Assembly (NCBI RefSeq): GCF_027921745.1
Contig: NC_079239.1
Location: 248,001-312,000 of the forward strand
Origin: Schizosaccharomyces osmophilus
Lineage: Eukaryota
Length of the DNA stretch: 64,000 nt
Direction of reading: 5' to 3'
In this document: positions 21,453 through 33,935 of the stretch, in pieces
Numbering within the stretch: the stretch's first letter is position 1
How the letters are laid out: each line of letters begins with the position of its first letter
The notes under the pieces: generated by a model
What the model was told of the DNA's origin: nothing
The model's input: only the letters and a program-made list of their open reading frames with translations
Databases searched by the model: none
Translations under genes and position numbers: made by a program

Positions 21453-22415
21453 CGAATCTCCATTGTAAATCCAACAGGTCCTGCTTCATATTTACGTGAA
21501 CAACCTCGTCAAACATTTGCTTTGCATCCTAAAAGATGGTAAGAAGCTCGATATGACATTGACAATTCGAGTTTTATTGACGATGCCTATTTTCAAAGCA
21601 TCCATATTTCTAGGGAATTTCGATCAAATGTAAAGACAATCAAGAAGGTTCCCATTCTTGTTTTTTTCTTTCATTTTTTCATTTTTTTTTTTGAAAAAAA
21701 AAATTGTCTACCATCTTCAATTAAGGTTGCTTTCTATAACAGCGCAAACAAATTGCAATTCCAGAAACCGCTCCTTCCGTCCTCTCTGCGTCAACAAAAG
21801 ACAAAGAAAAACCTTAAAAGTTTACGTTTGCCTTAAATTTCAATGCCATTTATAACTTTTATTTCTTTTTTGAGCGAAACAAAAAGCCAGGAAAAGCTGC
21901 TCAAGTCGGTTTCCACCCGTTTCTCCCATCCATCGCTCCCATTCTTCAAGACCAACTTACGACAGTGAACGATCGTTTCAGAACGTCTTTTTGCATCCTT
22001 CACCGATTTCGGTGTTTTTCTTTGCTACTTGTTGTTTTCTGATAACACGTAACATGACACACCCTTCCCGGTGAAGTCATTGCTCAAAACACATTTACTT
22101 ATAGCAGCCATGTGCCAAGTTTGTTGTTTCTACTACGACTGTATACGCAACCGACAGCACATCACATTTCTACTACTAACTACTACTGCTACTACTGCCA
22201 ACTAAAAGGTATTTTGAACATTCAAAGGAATTTCGTTGTTCGCCTTTGTTTCTCTTTTTTCCGAAAAGTATAGGTTTTCATTTCCTTCACCCATCGTCCT
22301 TGCGTATTTTTGGTAGATTTTTGATTTGAAACATTCACTTGTTTCTTTCCTTTTCTATTCCTTTTGCTTTTTTGTCCTCTAGTTTCTTCTCAACGACGTT
22401 TTCTTTTTGTAAATC

Positions 22416-23606
22416 ATGGTCGCTACAATTAACGTTCCTGCCAACCAAAGCGCCCAACATGTTTTTGAAAACGGAGCTAGTGATGCCATCTTCAAGGTCG
22501 CAATTGTCGGTGCCGGTGGTATCAACTTTGGTTCCGCCGAGGGCCCTTGGAACAATGCCCAACGTATTGAACAAAACTTGGGTCAACGTCTTCGTGTCAC
22601 CGCTTTAATCAACCCCGTTCCCAGCGAAACCAACCGTGTTTTGGATACCAAGCGTGATTCCAAGGTTGCTTACGCTTACGATGAAACAAGAATGTTTACC
22701 TCCATGATCCAATACTTGGACTATTTAACTAGACACCCCGAAGAAGAACCCAATGCCTTCGTGATCGGTATTCCTCCTGACTTCCACGGCTCCAACAAGA
22801 TCGGTGCCGACATGGAGTTACAAATCGTCCGTCAATTCCCCAAGGCTGCTCTCTTCGTCGAAAAGCCCATCTCCTCCGCTGCCGTCGAGGACACTTTCGA
22901 TGTTGTTCGTCAACTTGAGCAACACCAAGCCATCATCTCCATCGGTTACATGTTCCGCTACTTGAAGGTCGTCGAGGCCGCCAAAAAGTATATCGAGGAC
23001 AACAACCTCAACATCGTTTGCACAATCGCCCGCTACAACTCTTCCTACATTCACAACTCCAAGGCCTTTTGGTGGTACGTCTCTAAATCCGGTGGCCCTG
23101 TCGTCGAACAAGGTACTCACTTTTGCGATTTGTCTCGCTATTTCGGTGGTGATGTGGACATCCCAACCGTCAAAGTCAACCGTGTCCTTTCCAACGACCC
23201 CGTTGGTAAGCTCTCCGCTCTTCCCATCGATGAAGACGCCATTCCCGAACATGAACGCGTTCCCCGCTTTACCGCTGCTTCCTGGAAGTACAAGTCTGGT
23301 GCCGTCGGTATCTTAGCCCACAGTATCATTCTCCAAGGTACCCAATACGATACTTGCTTGGAACTTCAAGCTGATGGTCACTATATTCGTATTGTCGACC
23401 TCTATGGCACTCCTAGATTGTACATCCGCTCTCCCGATTCCGATACCGAGCGCATCGTCAACTTCCCCGACGATGATCCATACTACTCTGAATTTGAAGC
23501 TTTCATCGGTGTTGCTGAGGGCAAGCTTCCTCGTAGCCGTATCTTGTCTGATTTCGAGGATGGCACCAAGACTTATGAACTTACAAAGGCCATTACCAAC
23601 AGTTAG
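22416..23606 (+). CDS. Gfo/Idh/MocA-family NAD(P)-binding oxidoreductase (SPBC12C2.04 orthologue)
   Basis: Rossmann VAIVGAGGIN, family motif VEKPI, GGPVVEQGTHFCD; codon usage strongly biased to C/T-ending codons, typical of high expression. Confidence 0.9.
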   Translation: MVATINVPANQSAQHVFENGASDAIFKVAIVGAGGINFGSAEGPWNNAQRIEQNLGQRLRVTALINPVPSETNRVLDTKRDSKVAYAYDETRMFTSMIQYLDYLTRHPEEEPNAFVIGIPPDFHGSNKIGADMELQIVRQFPKAALFVEKPISSAAVEDTFDVVRQLEQHQAIISIGYMFRYLKVVEAAKKYIEDNNLNIVCTIARYNSSYIHNSKAFWWYVSKSGGPVVEQGTHFCDLSRYFGGDVDIPTVKVNRVLSNDPVGKLSALPIDEDAIPEHERVPRFTAASWKYKSGAVGILAHSIILQGTQYDTCLELQADGHYIRIVDLYGTPRLYIRSPDSDTERIVNFPDDDPYYSEFEAFIGVAEGKLPRSRILSDFEDGTKTYELTKAITNS

Positions 23607-23965
23607 ATGATCATATCCCCATATTTATAGCGATATAAAACAAGTGTTTGAGCATTAGGTGAACGTCCTTTCTAAGGTTGTTTTGGGTTTTCGTGGATAT
23701 TCTACTTTTTTTCCCCTTCTGTACCTTTTTTTTGCCTTTTATTTATCATCCTTGTTTTCTTTTTTTTTTTCTAGCATATTAAGAGATCGGTAATGGAGAA
23801 CATGTTCTGGTCTTTGGATCCTTGTCTTCTTTGTCCTTTCTTTGTGTTTGAAAAATAAATTTTAATAAGTATCTTTCTTTTCATGATTTTTTATTAAATG
23901 GGCATGAATTCTTGGTAAATCGTATCGTATTTTGTAAATTGAAAAACTAAAAAGGAATGCTTTCC

Positions 23966-23981
23966 TATATATATATATATA
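23966..23981. repeat. (TA)8 microsatellite in the convergent terminator region
   Basis: Read directly. Confidence 0.8.
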
Positions 23982-24010
23982 ATATTATGCCATTCATTTC
24001 ATAATGTAAA

Positions 24011-26372
24011 CTAGATATCCTCAACATAGCTGAATCGTTCGTTAGCAATCTTTCAAATAACTCTGCCTTCCAAACTTACTTTGCTGGAAATTGACCGGTA
24101 ATACCATGTAAGGTGCCTTCAGACCATCCATTCCCTGCGTCGCGCTGAGTGACACGGATCACGTCTCCCTCATGAATACTTATCTCCATTTCACTTTGAG
24201 CTTCGTAGCCAAATACAGCTTGCACATACTGTTCATCAGCCGCTTCAATAGTCCCGTTTGTTGAATGAACTGTGTCTGTACCCAATTCAACATAAGAAGT
24301 TGGGAGTACACCAACTGAATCGTCAATTTTCACAGAAATCCAACCACTTCCATCTGAAATACTGCATTAGTTCAACCGTTTCATCACTTCCGTTTTCACT
24401 TACTGTCTGGCTTTAAAAGAGTGAATGTTTGGCCTTGGGAAGCACTCAAAACACCTTTTTGGGTTCCAGTGAAATCGTAAAGTAATGTACCATTCACCTT
24501 CTCTTCTCCGTCTTCTGTACGTTGAGTACCTTCGGCTTCATAATTATTTGACAAAGGTGTTTGGTGTAAAGAAGGTGCATATGCATTGCGAGAACCAACG
24601 CTGTTCGTATAGTCGTCCTCATATGTGTCGTAAAGATTGGATGAAAGTAATGATCCTTCTCGTTGATTACTGCCAAAATCCCCTGTGCTTGACAGTGTTT
24701 CGTCGTGATCATCTTCGGCAGAACTTTGACCACAATTGGCTGGAACGTATAGTTGGCATCGTGGATGACATTTGTATCCGCAACCTAAATTTATGTTAAC
24801 AATTTTACAATCTTGATACTTAGAACTTTCTTGATGCATACCCTCGCAGGACAAACCGCGGCCCCAAACTTTAGAATGGCAGTGGAAACACTTGACAGGT
24901 ATCTTAAAGCTAGCAACCTTGAATGTGTGAAAGTTCATTCCATCTTCAATATTTCCGGCATCCTGGGTTATTTTGTTAACACGCACATTGAGGTCGTGGA
25001 CTCTGTTTTTTATTAATATCTCCTTGCTCTCTAGTTCGACAGCAGCTATTTTCGATTCATAAGACTGCTCAAGTGTCGTCGTATCATCAATTCGCGACCC
25101 TTCCAACCGCTTTGATAAGTTTTGTAATTCTTCTTCTGCCTTTTCTATTTCCGATTTGGAGTTCACCAAATTGTTTCGAAGAAAATTTCTACTCGCGCCG
25201 TCTACAACTAATGTATTGGTGTCATGCCAAATTGGGCTAGGCTCGAACACCAAAGGCGAAGGCTCATTCCAAGACTTAACATTGTGCTGACCAAACATTA
25301 CAGAATCCAAAGAAGGTTCATTTTTGTCAATTTCCGAGTTGAGTGCATCTGCTTCTTCGCTTAAAGATTTGTAACAGCTTTTTTCACATGTGATTCCAGC
25401 TTTCCAAGTATCATTCAGATTTTTCACTCTGTACTCATTCAATCTTTGCATATGGTCTAAAAGATTTGGTAGTGTTTCCTGATAATAGCGCTGCATATGT
25501 GCGTTGTAGACAAGGATACGAAGAATATACATATTCTTCTTAACTAGCATATCGTTTTGCGAATTTTTGAAAAGTTTCCCAGTTTTCTCATCGTTGTGCT
25601 TGTCTCTTTTTTGCCTTGCCGACTCCAAACTCTCGCAAGCTTCATGGTAACTTGATTTCGCTCTCTTAACCATGGTCAACAAGGATTCTTTCTGCTCCAA
25701 AAACTTTTCATAAAGGTGGTCATAAGACTTCTTTAAATTGTCAACATTTGCTTCCAATCGCTTTGCTTGTTCATTAGTTTCCAAAACAAAGTCATCCGCG
25801 AGTTTTTGATGAATTTTCGAGGATTGCACAAGTTCATCCAATATTTTCGACCATGTTGTCAGAGAAGCGCTGTATTCACATGTTAGCATGAACAAGTTAG
25901 TGAGAGAGAGTAACTCTTAGACTCTATCTGAAAATACCATTCTAAAGAACCAGCAGATTTCGTAGGGTTATCACCAACGGAAAGAAGTGATGACTTTTTG
26001 TTCTTTTTTTCGACAAACTTTCTTGAAAGACTGGAAAGCTTCTGAGAATATTCTCTCTCTATCGATAAAAAGCGTTAGTTTACAGTGTATTCCCAGCAAG
26101 GTAAAATGGTCGCAATGCAAACCATACCAATAGAGCTCCTTTCTTTGTAATATTGTTGAATGTCGTCTATCCATTTCGATCCGTTATGTACCTAATTTTT
26201 AGAATTAGCTCAAAACCATGTCCAAGCTTGCTTCCTCTTACCCAGCTATCAACAATTTTAAAGTCATCCTGAGTTATTAAGTCAGTAAGAAACCCCTAAA
26301 TAGATTTTCAAAAAGATTTATGCGCCAACGTACGTGCAACTCAGAGCTAAACTTATAGGAATTGAGTTCCAT
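24011..26372 (-). CDS. bzz1: F-BAR + C1 + 2xSH3 endocytic protein; 8 exons (introns about 26333-26269, 26241-26192, 26127-26059, 25937-25871, 24841-24785, 24404-24354, 24080-24030)
   Basis: Spliced MELNSYKFSSELH/DDFKIVDSW/VHNGSKW..., C1 zinc finger (HTFK..F..P.KC.HC...CE/GCGYKCHPRC...C), SH3 motifs LYDF..GW and GWSEG...GQFPANYV. Confidence 0.9.
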
Positions 26373-26684
26373 TTCGAAATAGTTGATCCTTCAACAAGTA
26401 AAGTTTAAGATAATCGAAAAAGAGTGAAAAGGGAGATTCAAATATCGTGAATTAGCAAAATATGATTAAAAATAAAAGCAAGGCTGAATTAAATACTAGT
26501 ACACGAATGGTATGTGCGTATATTGAAATAATTGGAATGTGTACGACGTATAACCCAACTTGACTACAGCCAACTACACCAAACAAGAAAAGCCAAGGTT
26601 CGAATTGGTTGGTCAAATTACTACGATTGTTTTTCTTGTATTTTACTTTTGCTTTACAAATACAAATTGAACTCAGTGACCACG

Positions 26685-28220
26685 ATGTCGACAGTGGGAC
26701 AAGAAAAAAAGACTGATTGGGCAAGCATCGATTCTGATGAAGAAGTCGAACGTATCAGTGAAAATATTAATAAACTTCAAACTTCAGATAATGGATCTAA
26801 AGAAAAGCCCACAGCAGATCTAAGCAATCGTCTTGGTCCTAAGGTGGGCGAGGAGCCCGAAAAACAAGGTGAAACAAAAGAAACTAAGGACGAAAAGAAA
26901 GACGAAAAGGAGAGTGCTACTAAAACTGAAGAAGAGAAGGAAAAAATACAAGCTGAAGAAGAAACCAACTTAATTCAAAACAAGAATGAGGTACGTGTAA
27001 AGCTTGCTGACTTGCAAGCCGACCCTAATTCCCCTCTTTATTCCGTTAAAAGTTTTGAGGAATTGAATTTGAAGCCTGAATTATTGAAAGGCGTTTATTC
27101 TATGAAGTTTCAAAAGCCATCGAAAATCCAAGAAAAAGCACTGCCCCTCTTGCTTGCTGATCCTCCTCGTAACATGATCGGTCAATCCCAATCTGGTACC
27201 GGTAAGACGGCTGCATTTGCTTTAACCATGCTTTCACGCGTCGATACCACAGTTGCCAAACCTCAAGCTATCTGTTTGGCCCCTTCACGAGAGCTAGCTC
27301 GTCAAATTATGGATGTTGTAGAAGAAATGGGAAAGTATACTGGAGTACAAACTGCTTTTGCTATTAAAGATGCTGTTCCCAAAGGTCAAGTTATAAACGC
27401 TCAAATAGTCATAGGTACCCCTGGTACAGTCATGGATTTAGCCAAGAGAAGACAACTGGATCTCAAGCAAATTCGCGCTTTTGTATTGGATGAAGCCGAT
27501 AACATGTTGGATCAACAAGGTTTGGCTGACCAGTCAATGCGAGTTAAGCGTTTATTGCCCAAAAATACTCAAGTAGTCTTATTTAGTGCTACCTTTTCGG
27601 ACCAAGTAGGAGAATTTGCCAAGCATTTCGCTCCTAATGCGGACGAAATTCGTCTTAAAACCGAAGAACTTAGTGTCGATGGAATTCGGCAGTTGTATAT
27701 GGATTGCCAGAGTGAACAGCACAAGTACGAAGTACTTGTAGAGCTTTATGGTCTTTTGACCATTGGCCAATCAATCATCTTTTGCAGAAAGAAAGATACC
27801 GCTGAGGAGATTGCTCGTCGTATGGTCCAAGACGGACATACTGTTTCTTGTTTAACTGGTAATTTGGATGGTGCGCAGCGGGATCATATTATGGATTCTT
27901 TCCGCGCTGGTACTTCTAAAGTGTTGATTACTACAAACGTTATCGCTCGTGGCATTGACGTTCTTCAAGTTAACATGGTCGTCAACTACGACATGCCCTT
28001 GGATTCCGCTGGCAAGCCCGATCCCCAAACTTACCTTCACCGTATCGGTCGTACAGGTCGATTTGGCCGCGTGGGTGTCAGTATCAATTTTGTTCATGAT
28101 GAAAAAAGCTGGCGAGAAATGAAGGCGATCGAGGACTATTTTGGTCGTGCCATAACACGTGTTCCTACAGATGATTATGAAGAACTTGAGAAAGTCGTTA
28201 AGAATGCGCTTAAAATGTAG
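26685..28220 (+). CDS. dbp5: DEAD-box mRNA export helicase
   Basis: KPSKIQE Q-motif, SQSGTGKT, PSRELA, DEAD, SAT, HRIGRTGRFG; start MSTVGQEKK at 26685. Confidence 0.95.
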   Translation: MSTVGQEKKTDWASIDSDEEVERISENINKLQTSDNGSKEKPTADLSNRLGPKVGEEPEKQGETKETKDEKKDEKESATKTEEEKEKIQAEEETNLIQNKNEVRVKLADLQADPNSPLYSVKSFEELNLKPELLKGVYSMKFQKPSKIQEKALPLLLADPPRNMIGQSQSGTGKTAAFALTMLSRVDTTVAKPQAICLAPSRELARQIMDVVEEMGKYTGVQTAFAIKDAVPKGQVINAQIVIGTPGTVMDLAKRRQLDLKQIRAFVLDEADNMLDQQGLADQSMRVKRLLPKNTQVVLFSATFSDQVGEFAKHFAPNADEIRLKTEELSVDGIRQLYMDCQSEQHKYEVLVELYGLLTIGQSIIFCRKKDTAEEIARRMVQDGHTVSCLTGNLDGAQRDHIMDSFRAGTSKVLITTNVIARGIDVLQVNMVVNYDMPLDSAGKPDPQTYLHRIGRTGRFGRVGVSINFVHDEKSWREMKAIEDYFGRAITRVPTDDYEELEKVVKNALKM

Positions 28221-28442
28221 ACTAGCGGGTTGTTTAGATGAAATGGTTTCTTGGACTTCAGATATTTAAATACAATAATTGGCGTGGACAAGCTTACCGT
28301 TATCTAATTCACAAAAGTACCTACGTAAATTGCATATTAAAAAATGTACTAAAATACAAAAATTTCTTTTTGCTACAAAATTTAAGTAAGAAAGGAAGAA
28401 AACTAAACAACATAATCTTGGAAACTTGTAAAATGACAAAAC

Positions 28443-29339
28443 TTAAGCGGAGAGAGACTTTTCAACAACCTCACGAGCAAAGTTGGGAAGAACGAAAGCA
28501 GCGGAATGGATATTGCTGTTGTAGTACTTGCAAAGCTTCCTTTCTTGCTCTGGAGTCCAGTTGCGAACAGGTTTGCTCAAGTCAATAACGGGATTCTTGG
28601 AAGCAACAACGAAGCCGATTTGACCAGAGGGGTAAGTAGGGATGGTTGTGTAGGCATAACGGACATTAGCGAAAGAAGCCTTGACTGCCTTTAAGACATC
28701 GCCAATAACGCCTAGGTGAAGCCAGATGCACTCAGCTTGAGTAGTGATAACACCGCCGTCACGGAGGGCATCAGAAAGGAGTTCAAAGTAGGGCTTTTGG
28801 AAGAGAGCTTCTGCAGGACCATCAGGATCGGAAGAATCGGTAATGATAGCATCAAAGGTATCTTTATAGTCTTTCAGAAATTGGAAGCCATCACCAATGT
28901 GAATCTTGACCTTGGGATCATTAAGACCTTCAGCCATCTCAGGGAGATGCTCTCTTGAAACCTTAAGGACATCCTCATCAATGTCACACAAGACGGCCTC
29001 TTCCACGCAATCGTGCTTGACGACTTCACGAAGTACACCGCCGTCACCGCCGCCAATGACAAGAACCTTTTTAGGATTGGGATGGGAATTGAGAGCTATA
29101 TGAGCAATCATCTCTTGGTAAGAAAACTCGTCACGCTCTGTGCATTGAATAGCACCGTCCAAAACCAACACGCGACCATAAGTTTCACTCTCAAAAACCA
29201 AGACATCTTGGAATTTGGATTTACCAGCATAAAGAATATTCTTAACCTGCAAGGTCATAGCTTGGCCTGGCCACATGTGGTTAATTTCGCGGAACCAGCC
29301 GTCCTTGACGAGAGGATGAGAGATTTCTTGACCGGACAT
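28443..29339 (-). CDS. srm1: Spermidine synthase
   Basis: [60 protein letters not shown]. Confidence 0.95.
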   Translation of the reverse strand: MSGQEISHPLVKDGWFREINHMWPGQAMTLQVKNILYAGKSKFQDVLVFESETYGRVLVLDGAIQCTERDEFSYQEMIAHIALNSHPNPKKVLVIGGGDGGVLREVVKHDCVEEAVLCDIDEDVLKVSREHLPEMAEGLNDPKVKIHIGDGFQFLKDYKDTFDAIITDSSDPDGPAEALFQKPYFELLSDALRDGGVITTQAECIWLHLGVIGDVLKAVKASFANVRYAYTTIPTYPSGQIGFVVASKNPVIDLSKPVRNWTPEQERKLCKYYNSNIHSAAFVLPNFAREVVEKSLSA

Positions 29340-29873
29340 TTCCAACAAATTCAAAGGATCCAAAAGGGTTCTGTTCAATATACGAACTCGTAAGTACGCA
29401 ATAACTGATCAGAAAGAAAAAACAGTCCAACACCAACTGAGATCTGCGCTACATTGCGGTAGACCTCATTAGTAAATAAAAGGGAGAAGTACAGTCTAAT
29501 GGCAGGAGTGTGTAAATTTCTAGTTTAAAAAGATCATGATAATAAAATTGACATCAATTTTGTTTCGATTATCGACAGAAACCAAATTTTCGCCTTCGTT
29601 TTGAGATAGTTCCTTGAATGAAGATGGTATTTCCATAACAATGAAGAGAAGCATGATTTTTCACCTCTTTCTGTATTCTAAAGCAATTCATGGAAAACTG
29701 TTTGCCAATTTAAGCCCTCATAACAAGACTCTTGAGTTTTCATGTACTAGAATTCTCGACAGAGCAAACCGCTTGTCACCACCATCGAACAGTAGATGCA
29801 TACTTAGGCCGCGAATCCATTCTTCTCTTTTTCTTATATATTTTAAAAACAGAAATAAAATAGTAAATTAAGG

Positions 29874-31126
29874 ATGTTCCTTTTTGGTCTACGATTTTTT
29901 AAGCATCATCAAGGGTATGGAAAAAACATAAGGATATTTGAGTTTGCAACTTTACTAATCGGAAAAGAATACAGACATCTAATAAAAATGTTTTCCTGAA
30001 GTTTAAATCATTACCAGTCCGGAAACAATTGCCTCAAAGGTATTTGCAACCAATTCGAGGCGTTTCCACGTCTGCAGCAGACACAGCGGTAGCAGCTACA
30101 GCTACTACAGCTAACACGGTTGGTATAAGTAATTCCTGGTGGCCGTATGCTTTTCTTCAAAATGCAGCTTACTCGATTAATATTTATGCCGGAGCACCTT
30201 GGTGGGTGTCTATCATTGCGACAACAATCGGTGTTCGTTTTGCCCTTTTGCCATTAATGCTAAAATCTTTTCGAACAAGCTCGAAACTTACAGTACTTCA
30301 GCCTGAAATGAAGAAAGAACTCGATTCCATCAAATCAGCCAAGTTAGAAAATGACCAAATGGGTCTTAACCAGCACAGTATGGCTTTAAGGGCTTTGTAT
30401 ATTAAACATGAAGTTAGTCCATTGTCTATTTTTATGCTTCCTCTTACCCAAAGTGTTGTGTTCTTTAGCTTTTTCTATGCAATTCGTCAAATGGCTCGAG
30501 TGCCTGTGGAAGGCTTCAAGGATGGTGGTATTGCCTGGTTTCAAGATTTATCGGTACCAGACCCCTATTTCATTTTACCTATGATTAACGCAGCATTCAT
30601 GTTCACAGGAATGCAACTAAATCGATCAAACACAGCATCTACTATTGGTAACTCTCCCAATTGGAGTACCTTCTTTTTTCTTTGCTGTCTTTTAAGTCCC
30701 CTTTTTACTCTTAAACTTCCTGCTGTATGTGTTATATTTAATGAGTGTTTCAGAAATTACTAACGAAAATACTAGGCTATATTCTTGTACTGGATTCCCA
30801 GCAGCATTTTCAACATTGTGCAAGGCTTCATTTTGAAAAGGCCTGCCATCCGTCAGAAACTTGGATTCGCTCCTCTTCCCCCTGCAGTAGACAAAGCCAT
30901 CTCTGGCAAAAATCTTTTACGAAATCCTTTCAAGGCAGTTCGTGACATGTACAACGGAATTAAAGATGCCCTTCGAGGAAGATATGATCAGCTTAAAGTT
31001 GATATGGAAAAACGAGCTCTAGCTACCAGACCTGTCAATGTCGTTCGACCGAATGATCATTATAGAAAGTTGAAAGAATTGAACCGAAAGCAGGTCATTG
31101 AAAAAAAGATATCCAATAAAAAATAA
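29874..31126 (+). CDS. oxa101: Mitochondrial inner-membrane insertase, Oxa1/YidC family; exons 29874-29914, 29968-30724, 30776-31126
   Basis: Presequence-like N-terminus; PWWVSII.TT..VR, QSVVFFSFF.AIR.M, GGIAWFQDLSVPDPYFILP, YWIPSSIF. Intron 1 keeps the frame only with the AAG acceptor at 29965-29967. Confidence 0.88.
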
Positions 31127-31537
31127 TGAGTCAACCTCCATCCAAATATTCCCCACTCTAATCGAAAATGCTTGTTGCATAGACAGACTTTCTTCCAATT
31201 CAGTCGATCTCAATTAGTCAGTTACCAGTTTCATAGAATGCTGTATTTTTGGAAAATAATATTGCCTTTTATAAACGATCATGAATTTTTGCGCTTTATT
31301 TTTAGTGATCGTTTGTTCACTAGTTGTTGCGAGCGACTTGAATTTTGGTAATTGGAGCTAATCATTAAATTTAGCTTCTATTTTATTTGTCTTAATTTTC
31401 TAGTATAAAGTTTTCTTTTACTCAATTTCCTTTTGATTGCATCGTATTCAATGACTTACCTTTCGATACTTAACCTCTCCATTACTTCTAACCCCAATCA
31501 TTCACTTGCGGTAACGATTCGTAAAAAATATTCGACA

Positions 31538-33634
31538 ATGCCTTCGGAATTGAGAAGCTTGTGGGCTCCTGCCCCTTCTACAAAGCTTTCGCAGTCATGT
31601 AAACTGTCTACGGATCGTAATGGCGAACGAATTGCTTATGCTGTATGCGGACATCGTTGGAAGAAGATCTAACCAATTGAATATAGACAAATAAAGCGAT
31701 CATACTTAGAAGTATATCCAATCCTGAAGAAAGCTATCAATATAATGAACATACTGCTCCCACTAGTGTTGCTAAATTCAGCCCATCCGGATTTTACGTA
31801 GCGTCTGGTGGTACGGATAGTCGAAGAGTGAAAACACTCTTCCACTTTGATTTCAAATACTTGGATGATTAACAAACTTTTTATTAGATGTTCATGGAAA
31901 TGTACGCGTCTGGGATTGTGTCGGTGAAGACAAAATCCTAAAAAACAACGTTGCAGCTATTAGCGGTAGAATAAACGATATTGATTGGGGTAAGGACGGA
32001 CTGGAAAATTATTGAGTACTAATGTTTTACTTAGATGGTGACAGTCAAAGAATCATCGCAGTTGGCGAAGGGAAAGAACGGTATGATTACAGATATATCA
32101 GAAAGACAAAATCAATTTAAGCTAATTCATTCTATCAGATACGGCCATGCTTTCACAGCAGATTCAGGAAACTCAGTTGGTGAAGTGAGTACTTTTTGTG
32201 TAGCTTAATACCTCTTCAATTAGCTAACTCATGTAGATTTTTGGTCACTCTGCCACTGTCAACAGCGTTGCTATGCGAAAGCAGCGCCCGCTTCGTGCTG
32301 CTACGGCCTCTGATGATAACTCCGTAAATTTCTTTCATGGAGTTCCCTATCGATACAATACCAGCATTCGCTGTCACGATAAATACGTTTATGATGTACG
32401 CTATGCCCCTAACGATGAAAAGTTTGCTTCTGTTGGCGCAGACGGAAAGATCTTTTTATTTGATGGAAAAACCGGTGAGCAAATTTTGGAATTTAGTGCT
32501 CACAAAGGCACTATTTTTTCTTTGTCGTGGTCACCGGATTCGAAGAAGCTTGTAACATCATCTGCCGACCGAAGTGTAAAAGTTTGGAATGCTGATGATG
32601 GCTCCTTGATTCGTGAATGGTCTTCTATGAAGGAGCAACAAGTCGGTAACGTCTGGCCTTCTGAAAACTTAATCATATCGGTTGATGTGACGGGCGTCTT
32701 GATTTATCTGAATCCTGCCAAGGACGAACCTGAACGATTCGTCCACGGACACCAGCGTTCTATCACATCGTCTTTCTTTTCTTCAGACAGCAAATCTTTG
32801 TATACAGCTTCTTATGATGGAGTGGCTTTAGTCTGGGACATCGAATCTCAAAATGGTTCTTCCATACAAGGTGTCTCCCACAGTAACCAAGTCATGGATA
32901 TGACTAGACTTGGAGATAAGGTCATCTCTGTGGGAATGGATGATACATTGCGAGCTGTAGACATCAAAGCAAATTCTTTCATTTCGGAAAGCGTATATAC
33001 CACCGGTTATCAGCCAGTGGGTGTATGTGCTGTTGGCGATTGTGTTGTCTTGTCCACCGTCTCAGACATACAAGTACTTCGTGATATGAATTGTGTTTCC
33101 ACGGCTAAAACAATCTATCAACCAAGCTGTATGGCAGCTCATCCGTCGAAGCAAGAATTCGCGGTTGGAGGAGAGGTAAGTATCTATGTTAAACTATTAT
33201 TAATTCATTAGGATTCTTGCGTGTATGTTCATTCTTTTGAAAAGGACGAACTTTGCGAGATTGCTCAATTAAAAAACCATACTTCCCCGATTACTTCAAT
33301 GGCTTATTCCCATGACGGGAAATACCTTGCCTGTGGTGATGCTTCTGGTAAAGTCGTTCTTTACGATGCTGAAACTCGACAAATCATCACTTCTCGCTGG
33401 GCTTTCCATACTGGCCGGATTTTGGGTATGTCTTGGGACTCTAACTCAACACATTTGGCAACCGCTTCTCTCGATACAAATGTTCATGTTTACTCGGTGG
33501 AACGTCCTATGAAGTATGTTGCCGTAAAAAATGCTCATGCTTTAGGTGCTACACAAGTTCACTGGTTGTCGGAGGATGAGATTTTGAGTACCGGAAGCGA
33601 TGCAGCCATCAAAACTTGGAAAATTTCCTATTAA
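31538..33634 (+). CDS. aip1: WD40 actin-interacting protein 1; 7 exons (introns 31643-31686, 31811-31887, 31990-32034, 32081-32138, 32185-32236, 33176-33211)
   Basis: WAPAPST, AKFSPSGFYVASGD..GNVRVWD, RPLRAATASDD, RWAFHTGRI, LATASLDT; all introns GT-AG. Confidence 0.92.
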
Positions 33635-33935
33635 AGCAAACCTTCCAATGTTGATTTGAGAATTTTGGCAGCATTTTTATGAAAACTAGATTATCTTTGA
33701 ATGAAATATATATCTTATTAAAAAAAAAATAAACAATAGTTCCAAAAACACAAAAATGAGGGTACTATTGAGAAACATAAAAAATTCAATAGAATGAATG
33801 GGATCAAAACGCAAGCATAGACTTAATTAGATAAATACATTAGTTCAAAAGTAAAGAGTGAAGACAATGTAACATCCTCATAATTGTAGAGAAGGGATAA
33901 AAAAGGAAAGAATAAGTATAATCATCATAACAAAG

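Noticed and set aside
21682..21703. T11-G-A10 palindrome
   Set aside because: Homopolymer juxtaposition is common in AT-rich promoters and there is no further support.
20382..21855. Several 64-82 aa ORFs in the long intergenic region
   Set aside because: They are built from microsatellites and homopolymers, mostly with non-ATG starts and no motifs.
22818..23252. Long antisense ORFs here and over srm1, vps1, cid16, inp53 and the phosphatase
   Set aside because: They are shadows of codon-biased sense genes and have no independent protein features.
26594..26610. GGTTCGAA T-loop-like matches here and near 36939
   Set aside because: No cloverleaf, A-box or acceptor stem around either match, so they are not tRNAs.
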